Origin: Octopus bimaculoides | Lineage: Eukaryota | Direction of reading: 5' to 3' | Assembly: GCF_001194135.2 (NCBI RefSeq) | Contig: NC_068984.1 | Span: 147,571,543 to 147,635,542, forward strand | Length of the DNA stretch: 64,000 nt | In this document: piece after piece, positions 25,728 through 38,503 of the stretch | Layout of the letters: each line of letters begins with the position of its first letter | Position numbering within the stretch: the stretch's first letter is position 1 | Made by a program: the position numbers and the translations under genes | The notes under the pieces: generated by a model | Database searches by the model: none | What the model was told of the DNA's origin: nothing | The model's input: only the letters and a program-made list of their open reading frames with translations

Positions 25728-25805
25728 GCCGCTATGGTGCAGGAAGCTTTCAATGCTCAGCGAAGTTTCCTTGTTCAAGTATCTCGCAGCAAAAAGCCAG
25801 CAAAT
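25728..25805 (+). CDS. CAP1: CAP exon: AAMVQEAFNAQRSFLVQVSRSKKPAN
   Basis: cttccag| acceptor, AAT|GTAAGA donor, 78 nt, phase 0-0; CAP-like A-x-x-V...QR-x-FL...KP pattern. Confidence 0.92.
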
Positions 25806-26540
25806 GTAAGAAGTTGTCTCTTTATTTTGTCGGTCACCTATACATTGGCCATTGTTTTACAAATAATAAAAATATATTGTTTCCTTGAAATATTTTTGTA
25901 TATTTAAAGATGGAACATGTACAACAACGACAACACTAATCAAAACTAAAACAATCAATTTACTGAAAGAAAAGATTACTTCTTATCTTTATGTAGAATT
26001 TGTCTACAACAGTAGATGTTTCCAAATCAGGTTTGTTGTGCCATCAATAGTTATTAAAACACCCTTGTTTAGAGAAGACCATTTTATGAAAAGAGGTGTT
26101 CAGTTACAAAATGCTCAGAACTGTTGCTTTGTGACCCCCTGTAGCAAATCACAGTGTCTAGTTTACAAAACTCTCAGCCATTTACTGCAAGCCAGCTTGC
26201 TGGGGAGTTCATAGGTTTCATTTGATGTTTACCCTGGCTGATAATTATCCTAAACAAGATGAAGTTAATATGTGTTGTCAATGTATTTGGTATTGCAAAG
26301 ACATGCAGCCTAGTGGTGAGGATGTTGGGCTTATGATCATTACATCATTGGTTCAATTCTTTGAGCAAGATATTTCATTTTGCATTGCTCCAGTTTACTG
26401 AAGAATAAGTACGAGCCTTCAGCTAGGAACACAAAGAGCTGCATTGAATACTGCTAAGCCTCCACTCCATCACTCTAGAATGATTTTTCTTTAACTGAAG
26501 GTTGATCTTCTATAAATAGCTGAGCCTTGGATCGTTCCTG

Positions 26541-26581
<41 letters not shown>

Positions 26582-26591
26582 NNNNNNNNNN

Positions 26592-26636
<45 letters not shown>

Positions 26637-26872
26637 GATGTCATGCTTAGTCAAAAACAGGATGATCAAGATTATGTCTATGTTTGTTCCTAACTTCATA
26701 CACACCTAAAACAGTGAAAGGACTATCCATGCTCTCAACTCATACTTGCCAGTGAGTTATGGCTCTGCTTTATTATTTGAAACTATTTTGCTAAAAACTG
26801 AAAATAACATTTCTGAATTTATTCCATGACTGTTTAAATATTGTTTTTTGTTTGTTTTTTTCCTCTTCTCAG

Positions 26873-26926
26873 GAGCAAATGAACCACCTTTTGAATCCAA
26901 CAAGCTCTAAACTGCAAGCTATTCAG
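26873..26926 (+). CDS. CAP1: CAP exon: EQMNHLLNPTSSKLQAIQ
   Basis: ttctcag| acceptor, CAG|GTAAGA donor, 54 nt, phase 0-0; matches the CAP LL-x-P-x-S-x-x-I/L segment. Confidence 0.9.
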
Positions 26927-27469
26927 GTAAGATGTCTTCATGTGTTCATCAGGATTTTACTGAGACAGGTTTTATTATGTACACTGCCTTATATGGCATA
27001 TGACCTTCATTTTGTGTTAGTGAGAAAATGCTGCTGTGAAAATTGGTTCTGTGTTTTTAGACTTCAGGTTTGACTAAAGACACAGGCATGGTCATAGATA
27101 GCTTGAGGTGTGGTTATGAATCCCCGTTATGTTAACCAGGGTGATTGATATTATACATCACTCAAGTAAAGATTTAACCTTATCACTTGGTGCCTTGGAT
27201 TCCTTTAGCAAAGTCCACCCTCTTACAAACTTTTGGTTCAGGATTTCAGTTTCAGGATACCTTCATCTCTTCTCCACCCCATAATCTTGGAGAACCTGTG
27301 AAGAATCATGGATGCTACCTTTCCCCTTGAATAAACAAAAAAAAAAAAATAGCTGAGCTGAGGTTACACAATATCATTCTCTACCCAACACTATCTCCAC
27401 CTAGTAGCCCCACCATAGTACCACCATCCTCTTTTTCACACATTACCGTGAAACTCTATTATACATTGC

Positions 27470-28590
27470 AAACCTATCAAAGGAAGGCTAACTGGCAAAA
27501 TAGCTTTTGTGTGTGGCAAATGCACAGGGGCAATAAACCCTGAAAATGTGTAGAAAACAGCTTCTGTCACATGCCAGGGGAAAAAAACTGGAAGTAGTTG
27601 ATAGCTTCTGTTACCTAGGTGACCAAGTCAGTAACTGGGGTGGATCTAGAATAAGAATAGGCTGCGCAAAGTACAGAGAGCTCCTACCTCTGCTGGTGAC
27701 AAAGGGCCTCTTGCTCAGAGTGAACGGTAGACTGTATGACGCATGTGTGTGAACAACCATGCTACATGGCAGGGAAATATGGGCCGTGACTGTTGAGGAC
27801 ATGTGTAAGCTTGTAAGAAATGAAGCTAATATACTCCACTGGATGTGTAATGTTAGTGTTCATACATGACAGAGTGTAAGTGCCCTGAGAGAAAAGTTGG
27901 ACATAAGAAGCATCAGTTGTGGTGTGCAAGAGAGATGACTGCAACTAGTATGGTCATGTGATGTGTATGGATGAAGACAGCTGTGCGAAAAGGTGTCACA
28001 CCCTAACAAGCCAAGTGAGACCATAACCGTGGCCTATGCCAGTGTTGCATAACCAGCCAATTCAAGAATACCCTTCAATCATTGGGCAATAAACTATGCT
28101 TGCGAAGACCTGTTCAGTCAAGTGAAATCATTGTCGCAGCCAATGCCTGTACCACCTGACTGGTATGTAAATAGCACCATTTGAGCATGATTCATGCCAG
28201 TCCCACCAGATTGGCTACAGTAGCCAATGTGCCATACGAATGTGGTTGATGCCAGTGCCACCTGACTGGTCCCATGCTGGTGGCATGTAAAAAGCACCAT
28301 TCGAGCGTGGTTGTTGCCAGTGCTGCTTGACAAGTTCCCGTGCCAGTGGCATGTAAAAAGTACCATTCGAGCATGGTTGATGCCAGGACCGCCTGGTGGC
28401 ATGTAAAAAGCACCCACTACACTCTCAGAGTGGTTGGCTTTAGGAAGGGCATCCAACTGTAGAATCCTTGCCAGATCAGATTGGAGCCTGATGTAGCCTT
28501 CTGGCTTGCCAGTCCTCAATCAAACTGTCCAACCCATGCCAGCATGGAAAGCAGACGCTAAACGATGATGATGATGATGATGACCTTCAT
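27470..28590 (+). mobile_element. RTE-type LINE 3' portion (same family as 53357-55190) with tandem-repeat 3' UTR and (GAT)n tail
   Basis: KGRLTGKIAFVCGKCTG, LEVVDSFCYLGD, GRLYDACV, LREKL...GHVM; tail GAAAGCAGACGCTAAAC(GAT)n. Confidence 0.88.
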
Positions 28591-28946
28591 TCTTATTTTA
28601 CAATTAATTTGCATTATGAATTTAAAAGGTAAAAATCTCTTTGGGGCAAAATTGACATCAATTCATTTACATCCTAAAGGATAGAGAGTTTCTTACAGAC
28701 TGAAAACAGCGGCAATTGTGTCTTTTGATTCCATTCTAAGAATAGCTAGAGATTAAACTACAACCACAGTGGACAATGGCTAGTAGTAGTCCTGAAGAAC
28801 TAGGTCATATTACTATTTACCCTCAATAAAATCTAGGTTTCTTTTTTCTTTCTTTAGAGGTTTATATATATATATATNNNNNNNNNNNNNNNNNNNNNNN
28901 NTATATATATACCTGTACATATATATGCATATACTCATTGATTATT

Positions 28947-28982
<36 letters not shown>

Positions 28983-28987
<5 letters not shown>

Positions 28988-29300
28988 TCCAGTATTTGTT
29001 AAAACAGTATAAGCCCACATCAAAAATAAGTAAATAAAACAAATGATTCTGATAAAATCCCCAACCAACACAATTATAACTCCAAATCTCAAAGGTTGAA
29101 TTAAAATAATTAATGAAAGACCTATTATTAATATCATATTAAAATATGAAAACATTTTAATCTATAACTTCCGGTGTTATTATTTTACTCTTAAACTGTT
29201 TCTTGTCCTTTCACCAAAAGTAAATAACTTTTTCAAATTAAATATATTAATAAATCATAACAATCGCAAGAATAATCTGTGTGAACTCACATAAACCCCT
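28983..29300 (-). pseudogene. NUMT: degraded mitochondrial DNA fragment with nad6 5' part, a possible trnP remnant and nad1 3' part
   Basis: In the invertebrate mitochondrial code the minus strand 29155-28983 reads MFSYFNMMLMMGLSLIILIQPLSFG...WAYTVLTNTGGL (ND6-like QPLS..G and W-x-Y...GGL). Minus strand 29259-29221 reads YDLLMYLIWKSYL, using TGA=Trp and ATA=Met (ND1 RYDxLMxLxWK motif). Confidence 0.85.
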
Positions 29301-30306
29301 CAACGGTCCAACCACCTTTGTTGTACAACATACATCATTCTTCTTGTTGCATTTGTCTAGCACACTCCTGTCTGGAATCTCCTGTCACTGAGGTATTATT
29401 AAGATGACTGAAGTTCATGTGAAATACATTCGTAAAATGCTGGTTTCAATTGATTTAATACTGAAAACCTATCTGACTAGTTTAAATCCTCACACTGTAT
29501 ACAAATAAGAAAAACAGGTTAGCAGAAATAAACCACAGTTTATTTCTGTATCAAGCCATATGCTCTAATGTAACCTATCTGGCACTGATCGCTCATTAGC
29601 CCTGTCTTGTGTGTCTCTTTCAAATGGACTTCCCGAAGTGATTTTGTGTTGTTGTTTTGTAAGCAGCTCTTCTTATGATGGTCTCTGTCAACAAAATCTT
29701 TATTATTTATATTATGAAGGTTTTTTTTATTACATTGTTGTTGTTGTAGGAGATGTTAGACAATCTTTTTTTAATGGTTATATTCCCACAATATATTTTT
29801 AGAAATGTATTGCATATGAGTGACAGAGAAGAGAAAGTAGTTTGTGAAAGTATGCTGTTTACGTTGAAGTATTGAGGGGACTCTATAAAGTAATTATTCT
29901 TTGAAGCTCTAAAATTTGGGTTGTATGAGTCTTGGGGAGTGTTGTAACCCTGAGAAAGAAAATCTTACTTAAGAAGAGATTTTAGAATTTTTATTGTGTC
30001 ACCATGTTTAATGCTGGTGAGACAATAAAACGGACAAAACCCACTGTAGAGCAGTTGGTAACAAGAGTATCCAACCAAAACCTTATCATATACAGCAACA
30101 AAGATTGGCAGCTTTTTTTTTTTGCTGTTATTGTGTGCTTTAGATGAAGGACTACAGTAAGTGCTGGAAAAGACTCGTCCAACATACGTCAACATGGGAA
30201 AATGAACATAAAATGATGATGGTAATTACATGTGAATAAATGCATCCATCTAGATAGGTGCACAACACTCAGTCATATATGTATAAACATACATCTTGTA
30301 TGTATG

Positions 30307-30344
<38 letters not shown>

Positions 30345-30348
<4 letters not shown>

Positions 30349-30720
30349 ATCATCATCATTTAATGTCCATTGTCTATCCTGGCATGAGTTAGACAGTTTG
30401 ACCCGGGCTGGTAAGCTGGAAGGCTGCAGCAGACTCCAGTCTGTTTTGGCATGGTTTTCTATGGCTAGATGCCCTTCCTAATGCCCACCACTCCGAGAGT
30501 GTAATGGGTACTTTTAGGTGCCACTGGCAAGGGTACCATTTGCGTGGCACCAATATCTGTCACAAGTGCGGTTTTGCTGTGCTTGATGGGTCTTCACAAA
30601 CATGGCATAATGCCAAATGGTCTCAGTCCTTTTCTCCCTGAGGCCTAATGCTCAAAAGAGTGCTTTTACATGCCACTGGCACAGGTGCCATTTGTATGAC
30701 ACCAGTATCTGCCATGACTG
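30345..30720 (-). mobile_element. RTE-LINE 3'-tail fragment
   Basis: Same tail consensus as at 3540-3900. Confidence 0.75.
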
Positions 30721-31179
30721 TGAATTTAAGTGTTGTGTATGTTCACTGTCTATGGCTACCTGGTATTATCCATGGTAATTGCACAATTGTCTTTGATGCT
30801 ACCTCAGGAATTCCTCAGTGTACATTGAGTATAAAAGAGACAGAAAATGGTATACAAGGGAAACTTAATTGTTCACGACGATTGTTTTGAGATGTCTTGT
30901 GTTGATCCGTTGTTGGTGGGGAAAGAACGCTAACAAAATGGTTTTATTAAATGTGAGCGAAACCAAGATCATTTAACAAGATAACGTTTATTACATCACC
31001 TGACGAAATGCTTCTGCCCTGAGGGGGTCCACCACAACTAGTTGTATAGTTTCCCACCCGCAAGGGATCAATGCAGGGTGTCCAAACGATCATTGGTAAG
31101 CCAAGAAGTTTCCAGTGCATTCCATTTTCCATTTCTATCATCTGTTATATCTATAGACACACACACACACACACAGGCA

Positions 31180-31585
31180 TGGTGTAGGCATAGATGTGTC
31201 GTTTTAGTTTCCTTCCTGACCATGTAGTTTTGAGTTCAGTCCCACTGCACAGCACCTTGAGCAAGTCTTTTCTACTATAGTTCCAGGCCAACCAAAGCTG
31301 AGTGGATTTGATAGATGGAAACTGAAAGAAGCCTGTCATATATGCATGCATGTGTGTGTGTGTTTGTGTTTCCTCTTGTCTTGACATCCTTTGGTGGTTG
31401 TAAACCAGTCCTACAAGTGAGGGTCTTCATTTCAAGTCTTCCATGAAAAATGTCTGGCTATGAGAAAAGACTTCCTTGCTTGGTAACGGGTGTTGGCAAT
31501 AGGTAAGGCATCAAGCCATAGAAAATCCATCCCCCAAAATTCTGTCTGACCCATGCAAGCAAGAAAAAGTGGACATTAAATGTTA
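31180..31585 (+). mobile_element. SINE copy (same family)
   Basis: Full head-to-tail match to the other copies. Confidence 0.78.
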
Positions 31586-32134
31586 GTGAGGAGATGCAGT
31601 ACTAATTTTTCTACATCACCGAGTAGACTTATTGACCTACATATAGAAGATAGTTATTGCATTTAACCTATTTATTTGTCTCTTAAATCCTGACTACTTA
31701 GGGAAATCATTCCATGGCCAACAGCAGTTAGAACTTCCTGCTAACCCAATGACTTTTCATTGGAATTTGGTTGCATTAATTATGTTTTTTTTCTCCTTTC
31801 CTGTCCCTCATCATATCGAAGGGAAAAAGTGTGGGAATATGGGTCTCCATCTCAGGCAGAAAATTAATCATTTATCTCAAAATAGAATATTATATTAAAA
31901 ATATAAATTAAAGACAAACTAAGAGTGCAACACTTTAGCATAGAAACTATTGTATTATTTTAGAATAGCTGATCAAAGCAAAAGCCACACTGTTAATTGG
32001 GAAATTATTGAATCATTGTGTGTATATGGGAATGTGTCTACATAAACTTGTATATATAAATAAATAAAACAGAAATGTTATGTAAAAATTTCCAAGTAAT
32101 TTTGTTTACCAGTTATATGTTCTGTCTCTTTCAG

Positions 32135-32224
32135 GAATTGCGTGAGAAAAACCGTAGAGATCCATACTTTAACCATTTATCAGCCATCAGTGAATCAATC
32201 CCAGCGCTTGGATGGGTAACTTTG
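32135..32224 (+). CDS. CAP1: CAP exon: ELREKNRRDPYFNHLSAISESIPALGWVTL
   Basis: tctttcag| acceptor, TTG|GTAAGT donor; hallmark CAP motif REKNR...FNHLSAISESIPALGWV. Confidence 0.97.
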
Positions 32225-32589
32225 GTAAGTTCTCATTTTTTATTTTACTTTCACAGAAATTTAAGCAGAGTTTTGGGAGTAGCTTAACTTTCCTAGTTTG
32301 TTGTTTGAGTAATTTTTAATGCCGTTTCTACAACTTTTAGTAGTGATCTTGGGGTAATGTTTAAGATGTTAATTTAACCCCTTTGTTTCTATATTTCTGT
32401 TAAAATATACTGTTTTTGTTTCAATATAGAAATGCTGTATTTGCTCAAGTCGCTTCCCCTAATTCACTGTTAAAACTTGGTACAAAATTTTTTCCATGCC
32501 AGTTTTTTCAGTTAAATTCTCATTGCCCTTTCTAGACTCATGGGAGAAATTGAAATTAGTGTTACACGTCGTCAAGAAATATTTGTACT

Positions 32590-32985
32590 AGGCATTACCA
32601 TGTTGTTAAGAACTATGCTTCCCAGCCACGTGCTTTTTGGCTCAATCTCAGTGTGTTGCACCTTGAGCAAGTGTCTTCTATGATAGGCCAGTGATGACCA
32701 GAGCTTTGTGAGTGGATTTGGTAGGTGGAAACTGAAAGAAGTCCACTCTGTTGTGTATGTATGTATTTGTGTCTCCTTGTCTTGACATCATGTGACAGCT
32801 GTAAATGGAAGTCATTCATTTTCAAATATCCTGTGAAAACATGTCTGTTCGTGGAGGAATATTACCTTATTTGGAAACAGATAAGAGTTGACAATAGGAT
32901 CGGGATCCAACTGTAGAAAACCTGCCTCAATAAATTCCTTCTGATCCATGCAAGCTTGCAAAAATGAACATTAAAACAATGAGGA
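32590..32985 (+). mobile_element. SINE copy (same family)
   Basis: Full head-to-tail match to the other copies. Confidence 0.8.
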
Positions 32986-33109
32986 TAACTATTCCTATAG
33001 GTTTAAGAGATGAACCCGACTTAAGGCATGTATTTACAGTTCAATCACCTCAGTCAGCTAGAATCAAGTATCTTGTTCATGCAATTAAAATGACACTGGA
33101 GTAAAATAT

Positions 33110-33425
33110 ACAAAGCCCAGTATACCCATCATGTATACCCAGTATACCCATCATGACTATCCGTCTGATAAGGGTACACCAGGCCCATGCATCATAACCA
33201 AATGTGATATGTGGTGACATAGTGATCTGATACCAAAATAAACAGTGCACGACCTTGCAGGTGGGGCCCAGTTAGAATTTTCTTTAGATTAAGTAGCTCA
33301 TCCGGTTCAAAAGGTCCCTGAATAAGGGTTGTTTAAGGTTGTTGAACGAAACACCCATGTTTCCAAAGGTAAATTATCCAAACCCCAAAGAATTCCTTTC
33401 GGCACATGGCTATGATTCTTCCCCA
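33110..33425. repeat. Interspersed repeat of unclassified type (GACCTTGCAGGTGGGGCCCCAGTTAGAATTTTC...AAAAGGTCCCTGAATAAGGGTTG)
   Basis: GC-richer block resembling an octopus interspersed repeat as recalled; only one copy in this window. Confidence 0.4.
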
Positions 33426-33440
33426 AAAGTTTGTTATTAT

Positions 33441-33664
33441 TTAACCCTTTGTTTGCCAACCTGGCTGAAACCGGCTCTGGCAATACAAATGTCTTGTTTT
33501 CATAAGTTTTGAATTAAAATCTTCCACCAAACCTTAGTCACAATTTATGTTCCTAACACCAGCTGAATGATAACCAAGTTATTTTACTAAATTCTTTGTT
33601 ATATTTAAAGTAATTGAAAGAAACACAGAGCATCTCAACAGGAATATGGTAACGAAATGGTTAA
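33441..33664. mobile_element. piggyBac-like MITE (TTAA target site, CCC/GG ends)
   Basis: TTAA-CCCTTTGTTTGCC ... GGTAACGAAATGG-TTAA with imperfect terminal inverted repeats. Confidence 0.7.
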
Positions 33665-33667
33665 GAC

Positions 33668-33835
33668 AGCGAGCTGGCAGAATTGTTAGCAAAGCAGGCA
33701 AAATACTTAGAAGCATTTCCTCTGTCTTTACATTCTGAGTTCAAATTCCACCAAGGGCAATTTTGCCTTTCATCCTTTTGCTATTGATAAATTAAGAACC
33801 GGTGGAACACCGAGGTTGATGTAATTAACTAGCCT
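33668..33835 (+). mobile_element. Second SINE family (CORE/MIR-like body: GAGTTCAAATTCC..GG.C.A.TTTGCCTTTCATCC); other copies at about 39950-40110 (-), 41580-41720 (-), 47480-47670 (-), 49785-49985 (+) and 61070-61240 (-)
   Basis: Repeated head GCGAGCTGGCAGAAT.GTTAGC and B-box GAGTTCAAAT. Confidence 0.75.
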
Positions 33836-34558
33836 TTAATAGAAAGGATTATTATTACTTGTAGTAGTAGCAGTAGTAGTAGTCCACCACAGTTGACTTT
33901 GCCATTTGTCCTTTTGACATTGATGAAATAAGTTTGAACCCAAGATACCAAGAGCACTGGGGGGGGGCATTGTAATCGCCTCCCCACCTGCAAATTTCAG
34001 GCTTTGTGTTTATCATAGAAAGAAGTTTCATTATTACCCTGCATCTAACATACAGGCACAGCATCCTCCGTCCCAGGGCTAAGTTGACTTGCGAGCTTTA
34101 TTGTGACCTAAGTAGTGCCAGTGGCACGGAAAAAGCACCAAGCACACACTGTAAAGGGGTTGGCATTAGGAAGGGCGTCCACCACCCATAGAAACCAGAC
34201 AGCAGAGCACAATCCAATCCTTTCATTCATTGGATCCTTGTCAATGCATCCAACCCATGCCAGCATGGAATACAGATGTTAATGATGATGATGATTATGA
34301 ATAGATGTGAAGTAAAACTGCTGCAGATGGAATTCTCTTTCCACGACAGCAATTACCCACCAATCACTATACACATTAATGAGCTGATAGCAAATTAAAT
34401 GTGAAACAGTGTTATTATGTTGAATAAATTTAGAACTAAATGAAGAGTGAAAAACCATCCTCTTCCTCTCTAACCAAAATTGGCAGCAAGTTACCAAAAT
34501 GAAATAATGATTTCCTTGTGTCCTTGAGGTTTCATGAACTTAATTACTTTAATTGCAG

Positions 34559-34641
34559 AATACTCCGGTATCTTACATCAAGGAAATGTCTGATTCAGCA
34601 CTGTTCTACACCAACCGTGTTCTCAAAGAATTCAAAGAGAA
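34559..34641 (+). CDS. CAP1: CAP exon: NTPVSYIKEMSDSALFYTNRVLKEFKE(K)
   Basis: ttgcag| acceptor, AA|GTAAGT donor (phase 2); hallmark YIKEM..FYTNRVLKE. Confidence 0.97.
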
Positions 34642-34677
34642 GTAAGTCTCCAGTTATTTTTATCCTCATCCACCAAA

Positions 34678-35035
34678 TCATCATCATCATTTCATGCTAC
34701 TTTCCATGCTTGCATTGGATTGGATGGAATTTGTGGGCATAGATTTTATCTGCCCATCCTGTTACTAAACCTCAGCTGCTTCCCCCAACGACCAGACATG
34801 TTTTCATGGAAGTCTGCAAATGGACACCATTTGCTTGATGGTGGCACTCTTTTACAAGGAGACAATAACAGACATGCACTCACTTACATATACACACACA
34901 AACATACCCATGTACACACACTCAATGGGGCTTCCTTTCAGTTTCCATCTACCAAATCCACCTGCAAGGCTTTGATCAGCTTGGAGCTAAAGTAGAAGAC
35001 ATTTTCCCAGTGTACCACTGTGTGATACACTAGAC
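34678..35035 (-). mobile_element. SINE copy (same family), antisense
   Basis: Reverse complement of body and tail (TTTCAGTTTCCATCTACCAAATCCAC). Confidence 0.75.
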
Positions 35036-35552
35036 AAAGTTCTTACCCTTCTGCGTCAATAAATTTGATTTTCCTCCAAAGTAGTTCAATCATTTAAATT
35101 CTTTTTTAATTGTCTTTAATTAAGGGTCTGCTCTCTCTCTTCCTTCTTTTCTGTCTCCCCTCCTTTATCTTAAAACACAAAAAAAAAAAACCATCTACAA
35201 ACATCAATGATGTTTGAGTCAATCCCGCTTAAATTACTCGTCCACCACTGCCAAATAAAAAGTCCAGTCTACTTAGAAATCTTGGAAACTACATATTACA
35301 TTGGATTCTCAGTGTGTGTGTGTGATGAAAATGTTGTTTAAATATAATCACAGGTGTTATCTTCTATCTTTCTTCACCAGAATTGATTGTTGGTTCATGA
35401 CATTATGTACATTAGCACCGACCTTATCATTAGACTAAAATATATCCTTATTGATGATGATGATGATGATGGTGGTGGTGGAGGTAATAATATAGGTGTT
35501 ACTGTTGATTATGATGATGGTGATAACTATGATGATTTTGGTTTACTTGTAG

Positions 35553-35658
35553 AGATGCAACTCATGTTGAGTGGACCAAAGCTTGGATTAATGCCTTGAA
35601 AGAGCTTCAATCCTATGTCAAAGAATACCACACTACAGGACTCTCTTGGAATCCACAG
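35553..35658 (+). CDS. CAP1: CAP exon: (K)DATHVEWTKAWINALKELQSYVKEYHTTGLSWNPQ, end of the helical-folded domain
   Basis: tttacttgtag| acceptor (phase 2), CAG|GTCAGT donor; hallmark HVEW..ELQ-x-YVKEYHTTGLSW. Confidence 0.97.
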
Positions 35659-35869
35659 GTCAGTATTTTCTTCTTGGTGTCCAGCAAGCGCTTCTACAAG
35701 ATCTCACCAATTTAGGCCAGTATCAGTTTGCAATAAAAGAAAACTGCCGAATACATCAGACAGGATTAGGTTGCCATAGGTTACAGCAGCATGAAGATCT
35801 GAATTATTGATGCCAGGCCAAATATAAGAATGAAGTTGTTTTGAATTCATATTTATTGTGCAGCTAAGC

Positions 35870-36265
35870 ACAAGTGTGGGTATGCGGTTAAGAAGCTTGG
35901 TTGGAAACCATGTGGTCATGGGTTCAGTCCCATGTGTGGCACCTTGCACTATAGCCCATGTCTAACCAAAGCAATATGAGTGAATTTGTTTATCACCACC
36001 ATTTAGCATCTGTTTTCCATGCTGGCATTTATTGTGTGTTTGTGTCTAAAGTTAATAGAATGATTGTAAACGAGCATCATCGTCACACAAGCAAGGTTGT
36101 TTGTTTCAAATGTGTAAAAAAAAACATTTCTGGCCAAGGAGGGGAAATATTACCTTGCTTGGAAACAGGTTGGGGTTGGCAACAGCAAGGACATCCAGCT
36201 ATAGAGAATCTGTGTGAACCAGTTCGGTCTGACCCATGCAAGCATAGAAAAGTGGACATTTAATG
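35870..36265 (+). mobile_element. SINE copy (same family)
   Basis: Head GGTTAAGAAGCTT...GGGTTCAGTCCCA and tail GTGGACATTTAATGATG. Confidence 0.75.
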
Positions 36266-38471
36266 ATGGTGAGTGTGTTGCTGTAACCTATGGCAACCTA
36301 ATCCTGGGCCCTAAAACTGATGTATTAGGTAACAGTAACATCTTATACGGTATTTTTCTCCTTCTCTTTCTCTCTCTCCACTTTCTGTGTTTGAGGATTG
36401 TGTGTTTATTTATATGTAAAGTAAACAGGATTACATGACTGTATTGAACCCTTTTTTTATGTTTTTATACCACAAAATAAACAAACTCTACATGTTCGTA
36501 CTCACACATGCATGTAGAACTGGATAGACTCACCCTTCTTTAACAAATACAAGGGATAACCTCACCATATGTTGCAGTGATAAAGGGCATCTCCAACCAC
36601 TTCATCTCAACGTTTGTCATTCTCATGTTTTAGTTAATATTCCTGTAGCTCAGCTGACGATTGCCAACTGTCCCCTTTCTAGATGCAAGTCTCTTAAAGA
36701 AAATGTTTGAGGGGTTCAGCTACCATTTATCTGGTAGCTGTGACAAAGCTATTGAAGTTACTGTGTGGAAGCAAGGTTAGTTAGCATGGTGGAAAAGACA
36801 TTGACGTTTGGTGCTTTACTTTTCAATATATATTTTAACAATCCATTCACCCTATACAATCCTTGGTTTCACTTCTGTTCACTTTCCTGTAAGTTGAGTG
36901 TATCCTCTCCATCACATCTTCACCATCTCTCTCTCTGTCTCCCTCTCTCCCCAACCAAAGTATATCTGCTTTTCTGCAGTTGCCTAGTTTTTTCTCTCAA
37001 CTCTCATCTGGCACAAACCACCTTCCTCAATACTATTCCCTCACCTCATCTCATTTCAGAGATCTGGTCTTTTAAATTATTCGGTGACCTCACAGCTGCT
37101 GTGAAGTGGTTGGCATTAGGAAAGGCATCAAGCCATAGAAACCATGCGAGAGCAGACTTAGCTAGGTACAGTCTTCTGATATGCCATCTTCCCTCAAACT
37201 GTCCAGCCATGATGATGATGATGATGTTTGTTTTTATCTCAAGTTATAAAAACAATTTAACTTTGTACTAAAAAAAATGCTCAATACTTTTTTTGTTGGG
37301 TTCATTTGTTTTTACAAGAAGAGCTGTGACTGTCTGATGAGGAATATGTACCTGACAGAAATAAGTATTGAGGGTTGATCTGTTCAAATAAAACTCTTCA
37401 TGACAGTAGCTGCAATCCAATGACTGAAACCAGTAAAAGATCATAGAATAAATGATGAAAAAAAACAACTCAGTAAAATGTAAAGCAAACATTGTATGAA
37501 TTTTAGCCCCCCCCCGCCTCCTCCTCCTCCCCACCATTCTGCTGCCACCAAATAAAACCTTAACTTGATAGGAATCTCTTAAATAAATTCCCCTTTTTCT
37601 TTCTTCTTTTTCCTCCGTTGTTGTTGTAGTGTGGAATCAGCTGTGTTATGGAGGGGTCTAAAGTAACATTTGGTGAGCCAGAAATGTGGGAGGCAGGCAA
37701 TGTCAGCAGGAAAAGACCATTATCAGTTCTGCTTCAAAAGAATTCACTTTGATGTTGTCTTTTCATTCTGTTCTGGGAATTCACCTCTTTCCATTGAAAC
37801 CCCTTTCTTCTCACATATCTATCCCAACAACAACAACAACAACAACATAACACTTCACTGTTGCTGACGAAGGACCATCTTTACAATTGCTCAGCTTGCT
37901 AGAAATACTGAAATAGCAGCCAAATCTCCCTCACGTTGCATTCCATTATATCATCTATATAAGAAAAAGGAAGGACACATTAGAACAATCATGGAAAAAC
38001 TGTGGCTCATGGGTCACATGTGGCACTTGGGACTTTCTGAATGGCACACCTAATGAGAAATTACTTTGAATTTTTTTACTTGTGTGACCCAGCTGATGAT
38101 GAACCATCATGTCTCATGTGGCCCACTTCTCAAAAAAGGTGACCCAAGCCTGCATTAGAGAAAGCAATCCTAGATGTGTGAGAAAAGAAAAACAAAAACT
38201 GTAGAATGGCCACAGTTGGAACACCTTTGGTGATGAGTCTATTTAATCCTGGCCAAACAGCAACAATAACTTACTTCTGAAGGAGGGAACCTCTTTGTAG
38301 TTACTCACCTGTCAAAATTAACCAAATTACCTTCAAATAACAGCCAAAATAAAGCCAGATACATTAGAAAATGTAGTGTCTGATGAACAAGAAACCAAGA
38401 CGGTTATGGCTGTAAAAGTCTATAACATGATAGAGCTGCTCAGTTTAAGGCTGACCTGGAGTTAAACATTA

Positions 38472-38503
<32 letters not shown>

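Noticed and set aside
37507-37550. Poly-C/CCT run after ttttag, within the interval lacking the P1 exon
   Set aside because: The proline frame stops after about 15 codons (PPPPPPPPHHSAATK*), with no WH2 sequence or suitable donor.
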